A stretch of 64,000 nt of DNA from an uncultured Candidatus Rokubacteria bacterium. GTDB lineage: Bacteria > Methylomirabilota > Methylomirabilia > Rokubacteriales > DASRDR01. Within the stretch, counting starts at the first letter, position 1. Every line of letters begins with the position of its first letter. Under the pieces are notes generated by a model, which was not told the DNA's origin, did no database searches, and worked only from the letters and a program-made list of their open reading frames with translations. The stretch lies in NCBI GenBank assembly GCA_963708025.1, contig CAVPSB010000014.1, forward strand, positions 384,001 to 448,000, in the 5' to 3' direction. Of the stretch, positions 20,812 to 30,321 are shown piece by piece. Both the position numbers and the translations under genes were made by a program.

Positions 20812-21004
20812 CGTCGTCCCTCGCTGGGCTGTCGGACCGATCAGTCGCTGGCAGCTTCCGGGCGCCTGTTGCGGTACGAGTGTAGCACGGCGCGCGGGGT
20901 TCGCGAGAGTGGCCCCGTCCGCGCGTCGGAGAATTGGCCCTGGCCGGCCGGACCCGGAGGGCGATAGCCTGCTCGGTACCGACTCGCCCCAGGAGGAGAT
21001 TGCC

Positions 21005-22072
21005 ATGGCCGTCCCGACGACTGACTCCGCGATGTACCAGACGATGCATCGCCAGCCCGCCGATCTCCGGCGCCTCCTGGCGACGGGCTGGGCGCCGGCG
21101 CGCCAGGCGGCGGAGCGCCTCGCCGGCGCCGGCCGCCTCTTCGTCGTCGGCATCGGGACCAGCTACCACGCCGCCCTCGTCGGCGGCTGGCTGCTCCGAG
21201 CCGCCGGCGCCGACGCGCGCGCCGTCTCGTCCTTCGACCTGGCGCTCTATCCCGAGACGGCGACACTGCGTCCCGGCGACGGCGTGATCGTCATGGCCCA
21301 CACCGGGATCAAGCGCTTCTCGACGGAGGCGATAACCCGGGCGGCCGCCGCCGGGGCCACCGTGGTCTCGGTGGGCAGCCTGACCGCCGAGCATCCCGGC
21401 TCCCAGCTCGTCCTCCGCACCGTCGAGCGCGAGAAGTCGGCGGCGTTCACCGCCTCCCACCTCGCCGCGATGACGGTGCTGGCCCAGGTCGCGATCGAGC
21501 TGGGCGAGCGGCGCGGCGCCGCCGGCGTCCGCGGGCTCCGGGAGGCGCTCGGGCGGCTCCCCGACCAGGTGGTGGAGGTGCTGGCCCGGGAGGGCGAGGT
21601 GCTGCCGGTTGCCCGCGACGCGGCCGGCCACCGCGTCTACGCCGCCGGCGCCGGGCCGAACGAGGCGACCGCCCTCGAGGCCGTGATCAAGGTGCGGGAG
21701 GCGGCGCAGGGGTGGATCGACGCCCTGGCCCTCGAGCAGTTCCTCCACGGGCCGATCGTGTCCGTGAACGCCGGCGACGTCGCCGTCCTCGTCAACGTCC
21801 CCGGCGCGGCGGCCACGCGGGCCGCCGAGATCGCCGCCGTGCTCGACGCCATCGGGGCCCGGCTGTGGCTGGTCGGCCAGGGCGCCCCGACGGCGCCGGC
21901 CGCCGAGGTCTTCCGCCTGCCCGAGCTGCCGGAGCTGCTCTCGCCGCTCCTGGCCGTGGTGCCGATCCAGATCCTCGCCTACCACATGGCGGTGCTGCGG
22001 GGGATCGATCCCGACCGCTTCCGCCGCGACGACCCCCGCTACGCCGCCGCTTTCGGCCTCCTGAAGATCTGA
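21005..22072 (+). CDS. double SIS-domain sugar-phosphate isomerase/deaminase (GlmS C-terminal-like)
   Basis: GIGTSYHAA, ALEAVIKVRE, EQFLHGP, GIDPD; AGGAG SD. Confidence 0.85.
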   Translation: MAVPTTDSAMYQTMHRQPADLRRLLATGWAPARQAAERLAGAGRLFVVGIGTSYHAALVGGWLLRAAGADARAVSSFDLALYPETATLRPGDGVIVMAHTGIKRFSTEAITRAAAAGATVVSVGSLTAEHPGSQLVLRTVEREKSAAFTASHLAAMTVLAQVAIELGERRGAAGVRGLREALGRLPDQVVEVLAREGEVLPVARDAAGHRVYAAGAGPNEATALEAVIKVREAAQGWIDALALEQFLHGPIVSVNAGDVAVLVNVPGAAATRAAEIAAVLDAIGARLWLVGQGAPTAPAAEVFRLPELPELLSPLLAVVPIQILAYHMAVLRGIDPDRFRRDDPRYAAAFGLLKI

Positions 22073-22082
22073 CGCCCTTTTC

Positions 22083-22175
22083 GCCTCTCCCCCGTTGGGG
22101 AGAGGGTCAGGGTGAGGGGAGCCACGCCCCCCTGGAGACCCTCACCCCGACCCTCTCCCTGGCAGGGAGAGGGAG
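22083..22175. repeat. paired CCTCTCCC..GGGAGAGG palindromic REP-like element (family D) between convergent genes
   Basis: CCTCTCCCCCGTTGGGGAGAGGGTCAGGGTGAGGG and the inverted CCCTCACCCCGACCCTCTCCCTGGCAGGGAGAGGG. Confidence 0.75.
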
Positions 22176-22203
22176 CGGAGCAGGAGATGGGTCTCCTGGG
22201 CCG

Positions 22204-23505
22204 CTAGACGAACTTGGGCATCAGCAGGCGGGGGATGAACAGGATCAGCTCCGGGAACATGACGATCAGGACCAGGACCACCAGCATCGGCAGCAGGATG
22301 ATGGCGACGTCCTTGATGGCCTCCGAGACCTTGATGCCGGCGATGTGGCAGTCGATCAACAGGCAGAGCCCGTAGGGCGGGGTCACCAGACCGAACGCCA
22401 GCGAGACGACGCCGATGATGGCGAAGTGGATCGGGTGCATCCCCACGCTCTGGGCGACGGGAGCGAGCAGGGGACCGACGATGATGATGGCCGGCACCGC
22501 GTCGATGAAGCACCCGATGACCAGAAACACGCCCGCCTCGATGAGGCCGACCCCGGTCACGCTCACCCCGTAGGCGGCGAGCAGGCCGATGATCGCCTTC
22601 GGGATCTGGTAGTAGGCCAGGAGCCAGCCGAAGGCTGACGCCGTCCCGATGCAGAACAGCGAGATCGAGGCGAGGCGGACCGTCTGGTACAGCACCTTGC
22701 CCACGTCCCGGAGACCCAGTGAGCGGTGCACGAAGAGGCCGATGACGAGGCTGTAGAGCACGGCGATGACCGAGGCCTCGGTGGGGGTGAAGAATCCCCC
22801 GACCACGCCGCCGATGATGATCACCGGGGTCAGGATCGCGAACAAGGCCCGTCCGAAGGCCGTGAAGAACTCCGGCAGCGTGGCTCGGGCGTAGATCGGG
22901 TACCCCCGGGTCCGGGCGTAGGCGTACACTGCCGCCATCTGGGACAGCCCGACCAGCACGCCGGGGACGAAGCCGGCGAGGAACAAGGCCCCGATCGACG
23001 CGTTCATGACGCCGCCCCAGACCACCATCAGGATGCTGGGCGGGATGATGACGCCGATCACCGAGGAGCAGGCGGTGATGGCCACCGTGAAGCTGGCGTC
23101 GTAGCCCTGGCTCCGCATCGCCGGGATGATGATCGAGCCCTCGCCCGCCGCGTCGGCGGTGGAGGAGCCCGAGATGCCGGCGAAGATCATGCTCACCACG
23201 ACGTTGACCTGGGCGAGCCCGCCCCGGAACTGGCCGACCAGGCACCGGGTGAGATCCATGAGCCGCTCGGTGATCCCGGCCGAGTTCATCAGGTTGGCGG
23301 CCAGCACGAAGAACGGGACGGCCAGCAGGATGAACGAGTTGTAGGCCTTGGTCATCTCGCCGAGCATCAGCACCGGGGTCAGCCGGTCGTCGAGGGCGAA
23401 GATCGGGAGGCAGGCCAGCCCGAGGGCGAAGGCGACCGGCACCCGCAGCACGACCAGGACGCCGAAGACGCCGAACATGACGCCGGCGACCTCAGCGGGC
23501 GACAT
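22204..23505 (-). CDS. dctM: TRAP transporter large permease
   Basis: LLAVPFF, FAGISGSSTADAA, IIPPSI, GLVTPPYGLCL. Confidence 0.92.
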   Translation of the reverse strand: MSPAEVAGVMFGVFGVLVVLRVPVAFALGLACLPIFALDDRLTPVLMLGEMTKAYNSFILLAVPFFVLAANLMNSAGITERLMDLTRCLVGQFRGGLAQVNVVVSMIFAGISGSSTADAAGEGSIIIPAMRSQGYDASFTVAITACSSVIGVIIPPSILMVVWGGVMNASIGALFLAGFVPGVLVGLSQMAAVYAYARTRGYPIYARATLPEFFTAFGRALFAILTPVIIIGGVVGGFFTPTEASVIAVLYSLVIGLFVHRSLGLRDVGKVLYQTVRLASISLFCIGTASAFGWLLAYYQIPKAIIGLLAAYGVSVTGVGLIEAGVFLVIGCFIDAVPAIIIVGPLLAPVAQSVGMHPIHFAIIGVVSLAFGLVTPPYGLCLLIDCHIAGIKVSEAIKDVAIILLPMLVVLVLIVMFPELILFIPRLLMPKFV

Positions 23506-24025
23506 CGGGGTCTCCGCGCAGGGTGTCGAGCGCGGCCGTGTCGCCGCGCAGGACGGCGACGGCGGCCAGGATGCGCTCGGCGAGAAAGGCGACCCAGGTG
23601 AGCCCCGCCACCAGGTAGGCGCCGTGGATGGCGATCAGGTTGATCCCGGTCAGCTCGGAGGTCTGGGTGTAGCCGAACGCGGCGTAGCGCCAGCCGTAGG
23701 TCACGAACACCCCCGCGAAGACGAGCATGAGCAGGGAGACGAGGAGCCGCATGACCGCCTCGCCGCGGGCGCTCTTGGGGGTGGGAAGGAGGTCGACCTC
23801 GAAGTGGGTGCCCTCGCGCACCGCGATCATGGCGCCGAGCATGATGATCCAGATGAAGCAGAAGCGCGCGGCCTCCTCGGTCCAGATGTAGCGGGGGATC
23901 AGCCCGGTGTACCGGGAGACGATCTGGAGGGTGACGGGGACGATCATGAGTCCCATGAGCGCCGTGGCCAGGATCTGGAGCAGCCGGAAGTAGGCGCGCA
24001 GCACCGTGGTCAGGGTCTTGGGCAT
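23492..24025 (-). CDS. dctQ: TRAP transporter small permease
   Basis: QIVSRY, WTEEAAR, four TM segments; lies between dctP and dctM. Confidence 0.9.
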   Translation of the reverse strand: MPKTLTTVLRAYFRLLQILATALMGLMIVPVTLQIVSRYTGLIPRYIWTEEAARFCFIWIIMLGAMIAVREGTHFEVDLLPTPKSARGEAVMRLLVSLLMLVFAGVFVTYGWRYAAFGYTQTSELTGINLIAIHGAYLVAGLTWVAFLAERILAAVAVLRGDTAALDTLRGDPDVAR

Positions 24026-24107
24026 GGGGCTCCTCTACGGATGACGAGAAGGACCGGGGTCCCCGGGCTGGCGACCCGGGGACCCGATCGTCCGGCGGGA
24101 CCGGCGG

Positions 24108-25112
24108 CTACTTCACCGCGTTGATGTTCTCGAGGACCTTCTCCGCCCCACTCTCCTTGGCAAAGGCCACCTTGACCGGTGCCACCAGCTCGAGCAGCTT
24201 GGGGCGCTCGGTGAAGGGGTAGACGCGGACCTTGCCCTCGGCCTTCATCTTCTCCAGGATCTTCTCGTCCTCCCGGCGTTCCCAGTCCCGGCCGTAGGCC
24301 CCGGCCTCCATCCCGGCCTTGACGATCGCGTCCTGCAGCTCCTTGGGCAGCTTCCGGAAGGTCTTGGCCGAGAAGCAGAGCGGCCGGATGGTGATGGCGT
24401 GCTGGGTCAGGGAGACGTCCGGTGCCACCTCGTTCCACTTCATCTGAGCCCAGCCGGGGCTCTCGTTCTCGCCGGCCTGGATGACGCCGGTCTGGATCGC
24501 GTTGTAGACCTCGTCGTAGGCGATGACGGTCGGGGCGGCGGTGATGGCCTGGAAGATGCGGGTCTGGATGGGCGCGCCCATCACCCGGATCGGCAGGCTC
24601 TTCAGCTCCTCCATGTTCCGGACCGGCTTCTTGCCGACGATGTTCCGGACCCCACCGCCGCCATACCCGATCAGCATCACCTCCGCCTTGGCCACGACGT
24701 CGTCGGCGATCGGCTTGAGCGCGTCTCCGGTGGCCATGACCTTCCGCCAGTGGTCGAGGTCCCGGAACAGGAACGGCATGTCCATGAGCGTTGCCTGCTT
24801 CGAGAACGTCGCCATGTGGGAGGGGGCGACGATCGCGTAGTCAACGGACAGGCCCTGGCTCATGTAGCCGAAGTAGTCCTTCTCGAGGCCCAGCTCCCGA
24901 TTCCGGTGGAGGACGAAGTTGACGGGCTTCCCGTAGTACTTCTGGGTCAGCTCGGCGAACTTGAGCATGGTCTGGTTGAAGGAGTGGCTGTCGTCGAACT
25001 GGCTGGCGCCCTTCAGCGTGATCGTCTGGGCGCCGGCCGGGACGACGGCCAGCAGGGCGGCCAGGGTGACGACGGCGAGGCCGGTCAGCGGGCGAGCGTG
25101 GCGATGACTCAT
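24108..25112 (-). CDS. dctP: TRAP substrate-binding protein
   Basis: Signal peptide, MPFLFRD, IRVM, EVYNAIQTGVI. Confidence 0.9.
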   Translation of the reverse strand: MSHRHARPLTGLAVVTLAALLAVVPAGAQTITLKGASQFDDSHSFNQTMLKFAELTQKYYGKPVNFVLHRNRELGLEKDYFGYMSQGLSVDYAIVAPSHMATFSKQATLMDMPFLFRDLDHWRKVMATGDALKPIADDVVAKAEVMLIGYGGGGVRNIVGKKPVRNMEELKSLPIRVMGAPIQTRIFQAITAAPTVIAYDEVYNAIQTGVIQAGENESPGWAQMKWNEVAPDVSLTQHAITIRPLCFSAKTFRKLPKELQDAIVKAGMEAGAYGRDWERREDEKILEKMKAEGKVRVYPFTERPKLLELVAPVKVAFAKESGAEKVLENINAVK

Positions 25113-25359
25113 GCGTAGCTCCTCTCTCCGCGAGGGTTGCCGGTCAGGGGCGGGATCAGGGTTGCGCCATCATACATCACAACGCATTCGCTCGCGGTGA
25201 GGCCGAGGCGCCCCGTGGGAGAGGGCCTCCGAGTCCGGCAAGGGACCTGACAGGTGGTCGGAGCCTAGCGCACGATCAGGCCCATCGCGACGGCCGCGGG
25301 CCCCGAAGAGGTCGCAAGCTCGGCGGCGCCGAACGTCGGGAGCGCTTCCTGCGATGCCC

Positions 25360-25821
25360 TCACTCAGCCGCGGTGACAGCCTTCGCCGGCTGCTCGGCCA
25401 GCGACTCGTGCTCCCGGATGGCGGCGGTCCGGCCGACCAGGCGGGCCACGACCCTCGCCAGCTCGTCGGCGTCCACGGGCTTGGCGAGGTGGGCTTGGAA
25501 GCCGGCGGCCCGGGTCCGGCGGCGGTCTTCGGCACTCGTGCGGGCCGTCACGGCCGCCGCGGGGATACGGCCGCCCCTGTCCGGGGGCAGCGCGCGCACC
25601 TGCCGGATCAGGTCGTAGCCGTCTTCCCCCGGCATCGAGAGATCGCTGAGCAGGATGTCGGGCTGCAGGAGCACGAGCGCCCGCAGGCCCTCGCGCGCCG
25701 AGGCGGCCGCGGTGACCGAGGCGCCGAACTGCTGGAGCAGGAGCGCCAGGGCCTCGCGCGTGTCGGCATCGTCCTCGACGACGAGGACGTGCAACCCTTC
25801 GAGTTCAGAGTCAGACGGCAT
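25360..25821 (-). CDS. single-domain response regulator receiver
   Basis: VLVVEDDAD, PDILLSDLSMPGEDGY, GFQAHLAKP; resembles the receiver of hybrid kinases; start 25821 or 25851. Confidence 0.85.
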   Translation of the reverse strand: MPSDSELEGLHVLVVEDDADTREALALLLQQFGASVTAAASAREGLRALVLLQPDILLSDLSMPGEDGYDLIRQVRALPPDRGGRIPAAAVTARTSAEDRRRTRAAGFQAHLAKPVDADELARVVARLVGRTAAIREHESLAEQPAKAVTAAE

Positions 25822-26010
25822 GACGGGGGGCAGCGGTTGCAAGAACGGCACCCACCCCCGTTCCCGGGAGATCGGTACGACAGCATGCGCACCTGCGTGA
25901 CACGCGTCCCCACCCGGAGCGGGCGGAGGGGCCGCATTTCGGTCCTGGCCTGACGTTTTTCGTCACCAGGCCCGGAGGGCTCTCGGGCACCCTGCCGGCA
26001 CTCGCCGGGG

Positions 26011-26505
26011 TCAGAAGGGTAGGCGGTCGGCGTGCGGTCGGAGGGTCTTGGAGTACAGCGCCTCGTCCAGGCCCGGGCTGGCGAACCCCGGCAGGTCCCC
26101 GACGTGGCGGTAGCCGTGGCGCTCGTAGAAGCGGCGGGCGGCGGCGTTGTCGGTCGTGGCGAGCAGGACGAGGTGGTTGGCCCAGCCTCGTGCCTCGGCC
26201 TCGGCGGCGGCCAGGAGCCACGCGCCGAGCCCGTGCCCCTGGCGGCCTTCCGCGACCAGCAGGAGCCGGAGATAGGCGGCGCCGGTCAGGATCCGGCTGG
26301 CGATGAGCCAGGCCAGGCCGAGCGGCGCGCCGTCGGGAGCCCAGCCGACGAGCAGCCGGTCGCCCGCCCGGTGACCCGCCTCGAGCGCGGCGAGCGCCGC
26401 ATCGCGTGTGGTGCCGTACCGCCGGAGCAACGGTGAGCCTGCCATCAGCCCGGCGAGGGCGGGGAGGTCCTCCGCCCGGGCCGGGGTGATGCGCGGAGTC
26501 TCCAT
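26011..26505 (-). CDS. GNAT N-acetyltransferase
   Basis: QGHGLGAWLL, NAAARRFYERHGY. Confidence 0.85.
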   Translation of the reverse strand: METPRITPARAEDLPALAGLMAGSPLLRRYGTTRDAALAALEAGHRAGDRLLVGWAPDGAPLGLAWLIASRILTGAAYLRLLLVAEGRQGHGLGAWLLAAAEAEARGWANHLVLLATTDNAAARRFYERHGYRHVGDLPGFASPGLDEALYSKTLRPHADRLPF

Positions 26506-26507
26506 CG

Positions 26508-27347
26508 TCAGGCCCGCCCGCGCGGGTCGAGCCAGTCCCGGAGGCCGTCGCCGAGCAGGTTGAAGCCGAGGACGGCCAGCATGATGGCGAGCCCCGGGAA
26601 GATGGCCATGTGGGGCGCCAGCTCCAGGGCCTGGCGGCCCTCGTTGAGCATGGTGCCCCACGAGGGCGCGGGAGGCTGCGCCGACAGCCCCAGGAAGGAT
26701 AGCGACGCCTCGGTGAGCACCGCCCAGGAGAGCGCGATGCTCGTCTGGACCACCAGCACCGAGGTGAGGTTCGGCACGATGTGGCGGCCGACGATGAGCG
26801 CGGCGCCGGCGCCGAGGGCGCGGGCCGCCTCGACGAACTCCCGCTCCTTCAGCGCCAGCACGGGCCCCCGGACCACGCGGGCGAAGATCGGCGTGTAGAC
26901 CACCGCGATCGCGGTGACGACGTTGTTCGGGCTGGGGCCGAGCGCGGCGACGATGCCGAGGGCGAGCAGGATCGCCGGGAACGAGAAGAACACGTCCATG
27001 ACGCGCATGAGGAGCTGGTCCGTCCGTCCCCCCGCGTAGCCGGCGGTGAGTCCGAGCACGAGACCGGCCGCGAGCGCCAGGGCGACCGAGGCGCCGGCCA
27101 CCCGGAGGGACAGCCGGGCGCCGTGGACCGTCCGGCTCAGCAGGTCCCGGCCGAAGCCGTCGGCGCCGAACGGCATCGTCCAGCTCGGCCCGGCCATCCG
27201 GTGGGGACCCATCACGAGAGGACTCCGGAGCGGCAGCCAGTCGGCGGCGGCGGCGAGCAGGACGAAGGCGCCGACGATCACGACCCCCAGCCGGGCCGCG
27301 GTGTTGCGCGGCCTACTGGAACCGGATGCGAGGGTCGAGCCAGCCAT
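26508..27347 (-). CDS. peptide ABC permease (DppC-like)
   Basis: FGADGFGRDLLSR, EAARALGA, LSFLGL, PSWG. Confidence 0.9.
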   Translation of the reverse strand: MAGSTLASGSSRPRNTAARLGVVIVGAFVLLAAAADWLPLRSPLVMGPHRMAGPSWTMPFGADGFGRDLLSRTVHGARLSLRVAGASVALALAAGLVLGLTAGYAGGRTDQLLMRVMDVFFSFPAILLALGIVAALGPSPNNVVTAIAVVYTPIFARVVRGPVLALKEREFVEAARALGAGAALIVGRHIVPNLTSVLVVQTSIALSWAVLTEASLSFLGLSAQPPAPSWGTMLNEGRQALELAPHMAIFPGLAIMLAVLGFNLLGDGLRDWLDPRGRA

Positions 27348-28266
27348 AGACGAGGTTGACGAGCGTGTTCACGCTGACGAACAGGACTGCCACCACGAGC
27401 ACCGCGCCCTGCACCAGCGCGTAGTCCCGCTGGTGGATCGCGTTCAGCAGCATCCGCCCCACGCCGGGCACCGAGAAGATCTCCTCCACCACCACCGCCC
27501 CGCTCAGGAGGTAGCCGACCTGGATGCCGAGGATCGTCACCACGACGATCAGGCTGTTCTTCAGCGCGTGGCGGTTGACGACGGCGGCCGCCGAGAGCCC
27601 CTTGGCCCGGGCCGTCCGGATGTAGTCGGCGCCGAGGACGTCGAGCATCGCCGAGCGCGTGGTCCGCATGACCACGGCGGCCATCGCCACCCCCAGGGTG
27701 ATGGCGGGGAAGACGAGGAAGCGCAGGTTGGCGCCGGGATCCTGGCCCAGCCCGACGTAGCCCCCCGTGTTCGGCATCCAGCGGAGGTAGCGCGCGAAGA
27801 GGAGGACGAAGAGCGTGCCCAGCCAGAAGTTGGGCAGCGACAGCCCCAGGAGCCCGAAGGTCCGGGCCCCGAGGTCCAGCGGCGTGTTCGGCCGGAGCGC
27901 GGAGGCGAGGCCGAGCGGGAGGCCGACCAGGAGCGCGATCACGGCGGCCGCCACCGCCAGCTCGGCGGTGGCCGGGAGCCGGGCCGCGATCTCGGTCACC
28001 ACCGGCTGGCCGGTGCGGATGGAGTAGCCGGCGTCCCCGCGGAGGAGCGAGCCGAGCCAGGTCAGGTACTGGACGTGGAGGGGCTGGTCGAGCCCGAAGT
28101 AGGCGCGCAGCTCGGCGAGCTGCTCGGCGCTGAGCACGGTGGAGGTCCCGAGGCGCACGGCGATGGCATCGCCGGGGATGAGGCGCAGGAACAGGAAGGT
28201 GAGGACGGAAACCCCGAGCAGGGTCGGGGGCAGGCTCAGCAGCCGCTTCGCGAGATACCGACCCAG
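27313..28266 (-). CDS. peptide ABC permease (DppB-like); CTG start or indel-damaged ATG
   Basis: LGRYLAKRLL..LIPGDA, YIRTARAKGL, RDYALVQG; in-frame TAG six codons upstream of the CTG at 28266. Confidence 0.88.
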   Translation of the reverse strand: MGRYLAKRLLSLPPTLLGVSVLTFLFLRLIPGDAIAVRLGTSTVLSAEQLAELRAYFGLDQPLHVQYLTWLGSLLRGDAGYSIRTGQPVVTEIAARLPATAELAVAAAVIALLVGLPLGLASALRPNTPLDLGARTFGLLGLSLPNFWLGTLFVLLFARYLRWMPNTGGYVGLGQDPGANLRFLVFPAITLGVAMAAVVMRTTRSAMLDVLGADYIRTARAKGLSAAAVVNRHALKNSLIVVVTILGIQVGYLLSGAVVVEEIFSVPGVGRMLLNAIHQRDYALVQGAVLVVAVLFVSVNTLVNLVYGWLDPRIRFQ

Positions 28267-28330
28267 GCTATCAGGCCCCGCCTACGGCTGGTCCAACCGT
28301 CCTGTGCGCATCGTGCGGGGTGCTCCGCAC

Positions 28331-29887
28331 CTACTTGTCGAGCCAGGTCTGGCGCAGATAGAGGATCGACCCGTTGGGCAGGTGGACGAAGCCCTTCGTG
28401 GTCGGCAGGAGCCCGACGTAGTCGCGCCCGACGTACAGCCAGACGAAGGGGACGCCGTTGACCAGCTCCTTCTGGGCGACCGCGTAGAGCTCCTTGCGCC
28501 GGGCGGGGTCGGTGAGCGTGCGCGCCCGCTTGATGGCGTCGCTGGCGGCCTCGCTCTGGAAGGAGTGGACGAAGTTCAGGTTGCCGTCGTTGGTGAAGTA
28601 GCGGAAGAGGTAGAAGTCCGGATCGGGCTGGCCCGAGTTGAGCCCGGGGGCCATGTCGAAGTCCGCCTTGAGCCACCGCTGCACCCACTGGCCGAACTCC
28701 AGCAGCTCGATGTTCACCTTGATGCCGGCCTCGCCGAGCTGCTGCTGGACGATCTGGGCGATGTCCCGCGCGTAGACCGGCTCGGTGGTCTGGGTCAGGA
28801 TCGTCAGCTCGACGGCGCCGACCCCGGCCTCCTGCAGCAGCCGGCGGGCCCGCGCCACGTCCCGGGTGTAGAGCGGGTACTCGGCGGTCGGCAGCGCGTA
28901 GAGCGTGAGGGCCGGCGGGAGCGGCCCGGTCGGGTCGCCCGCGCCGAGCGCGATGGTGTCGATGATCTGCTTCCGGTCGATCGCCGAGGCGATGGCCTGG
29001 CGGACCTTCGGGTTGTCGAGCGGCTTGCGCTTGGTGTTGAGGAAGAGGAGGTGGTAGTTGAGGCTCGGCTTGGCGCTGACGGTGACCCCGGCCTCGCGCC
29101 CCAGCGTCTGGGCGACGCGGGCGTCCGCGATGAGCGCCAGGTCGGCGGCCTTGGTCCGGAGGGCGGCGGTGATGCCGGCCTCGTCCGGCACGATGTTGAT
29201 CCGCACGCCGTCCAGGTAGGGCTGCCCCTGGACGTAGAAGTCGCGGAAGGCCTCGAAGCGCATGAAGTTGTCGGGGACCCACTCGGCCAGCCGGAACGGG
29301 CCGGTGCCGATCGCGTGCTCCTTCTTGGAGAGGTCGTCGCCGGCGGCGCGGGCGACCTTCTCCGAGACGATGCTGGTGTTGGGGTGGGCCATGTAGATCA
29401 GGAGCGCCACGTTGGGCTGCTTCAGGTGGAGGACCACCGTCCGCGGGTCGGGCGCCTCCACCCGGTCCACGTCGGTGAAGAACGCGCGGGCCACCGCCTT
29501 GGTGTTGGCGTTGAGGATCCGCTCGTAGGTGAACTTGACGTCGGCGCCGGTGAGCGGGTCGCCGTTGTGGAACTTCGCCGCGCGGAGCCGGAGCGTGATC
29601 TGGCGGCCGTCGGGAGCGATCGTCCAGGACTCGGCGAGATCCGGCTGCACGGCGAGGTCGGGCCCGAGCCGGGTGAGCGTGGAGTACACGAGCTCGAAGA
29701 CCCGGTGGCTGGTGAAGGCCGGCACCTTGTGGGGGTCGAGGTTCGTCGCCTCGCCCTGGCGCGCGAGGACCAGGGTGCCGCCCCGCTTGCCCGGCGCCTG
29801 GGCGAGGGCGCCGTCCGGGGACCCGGCGGCGAGGGCGACGGCGAGCAGGCTGACGAGGGCCAGGAGACGGGGCAGGGGCTGGGTCAT
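28331..29887 (-). CDS. peptide ABC substrate-binding protein (family 5)
   Basis: Signal peptide, PDLAESW, FHNGDPLT, IGTGPF, VRQAIASAIDR. Confidence 0.92.
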   Translation of the reverse strand: MTQPLPRLLALVSLLAVALAAGSPDGALAQAPGKRGGTLVLARQGEATNLDPHKVPAFTSHRVFELVYSTLTRLGPDLAVQPDLAESWTIAPDGRQITLRLRAAKFHNGDPLTGADVKFTYERILNANTKAVARAFFTDVDRVEAPDPRTVVLHLKQPNVALLIYMAHPNTSIVSEKVARAAGDDLSKKEHAIGTGPFRLAEWVPDNFMRFEAFRDFYVQGQPYLDGVRINIVPDEAGITAALRTKAADLALIADARVAQTLGREAGVTVSAKPSLNYHLLFLNTKRKPLDNPKVRQAIASAIDRKQIIDTIALGAGDPTGPLPPALTLYALPTAEYPLYTRDVARARRLLQEAGVGAVELTILTQTTEPVYARDIAQIVQQQLGEAGIKVNIELLEFGQWVQRWLKADFDMAPGLNSGQPDPDFYLFRYFTNDGNLNFVHSFQSEAASDAIKRARTLTDPARRKELYAVAQKELVNGVPFVWLYVGRDYVGLLPTTKGFVHLPNGSILYLRQTWLDK

Positions 29888-29938
29888 CACGATGTCCTCC
29901 CGCGCGGGATTCTGAGGGAAGAGATGCTCCCCTGTCAA

Positions 29939-30012
29939 TTTGGAACCTCCCGCCTACCCCCCAGCCCCCCTCCCCCACCCACCGGGGGGAGGGGGGTGCC
30001 GGAGAGACGGGT
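29939..30012. repeat. family A palindromic repeat, copy 1
   Basis: TTTGGAACCTCCCGCCTACCCCCCAGCCCCCCTCCCCCACCCACCGGGGGGAGGGGGGTGCCGGA. Confidence 0.8.
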
Positions 30013-30321
30013 TCATTCACTTGCCTTCAGCTCGACGACGAGGCCGTCGCCCCAGCCGTGCTTCCGGGTGGACAGGTCCTGGACCGTCGCGCTGAGGGCG
30101 GGCTCCGCCGCCGCGTCCACGACCCGGGCGCGGCCGGTGAAGGTGGCGTCCCCGACGCGCCACCGGACCCGGGGATCGGCGAGGATGTTCCGGACCCAGT
30201 GGGTCCGCTCCCGGTGCTCGGCCACCAGGTAGTAAGCCCCCGCGTGCTCGGTGAACCAGATCTCGACCTCGCGCGGCTGGCCGCTCCGCCGGCCGGTGGT
30301 GGTGAGATAGAGGTAGCTCAC
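30013..30321 (-). CDS. deazaflavin (F420)-dependent nitroreductase-like split-barrel protein
   Basis: LYLTTTGRRSGQPR, WVRNILADPRV; GTGA overlap with the upstream gene. Confidence 0.8.
   Translation of the reverse strand: MSYLYLTTTGRRSGQPREVEIWFTEHAGAYYLVAEHRERTHWVRNILADPRVRWRVGDATFTGRARVVDAAAEPALSATVQDLSTRKHGWGDGLVVELKASE

Noticed and set aside
28139-30232. Long antisense ORFs opposite real genes (many in the window)
   Set aside because: Shadow frames expected from high GC3; no motifs.
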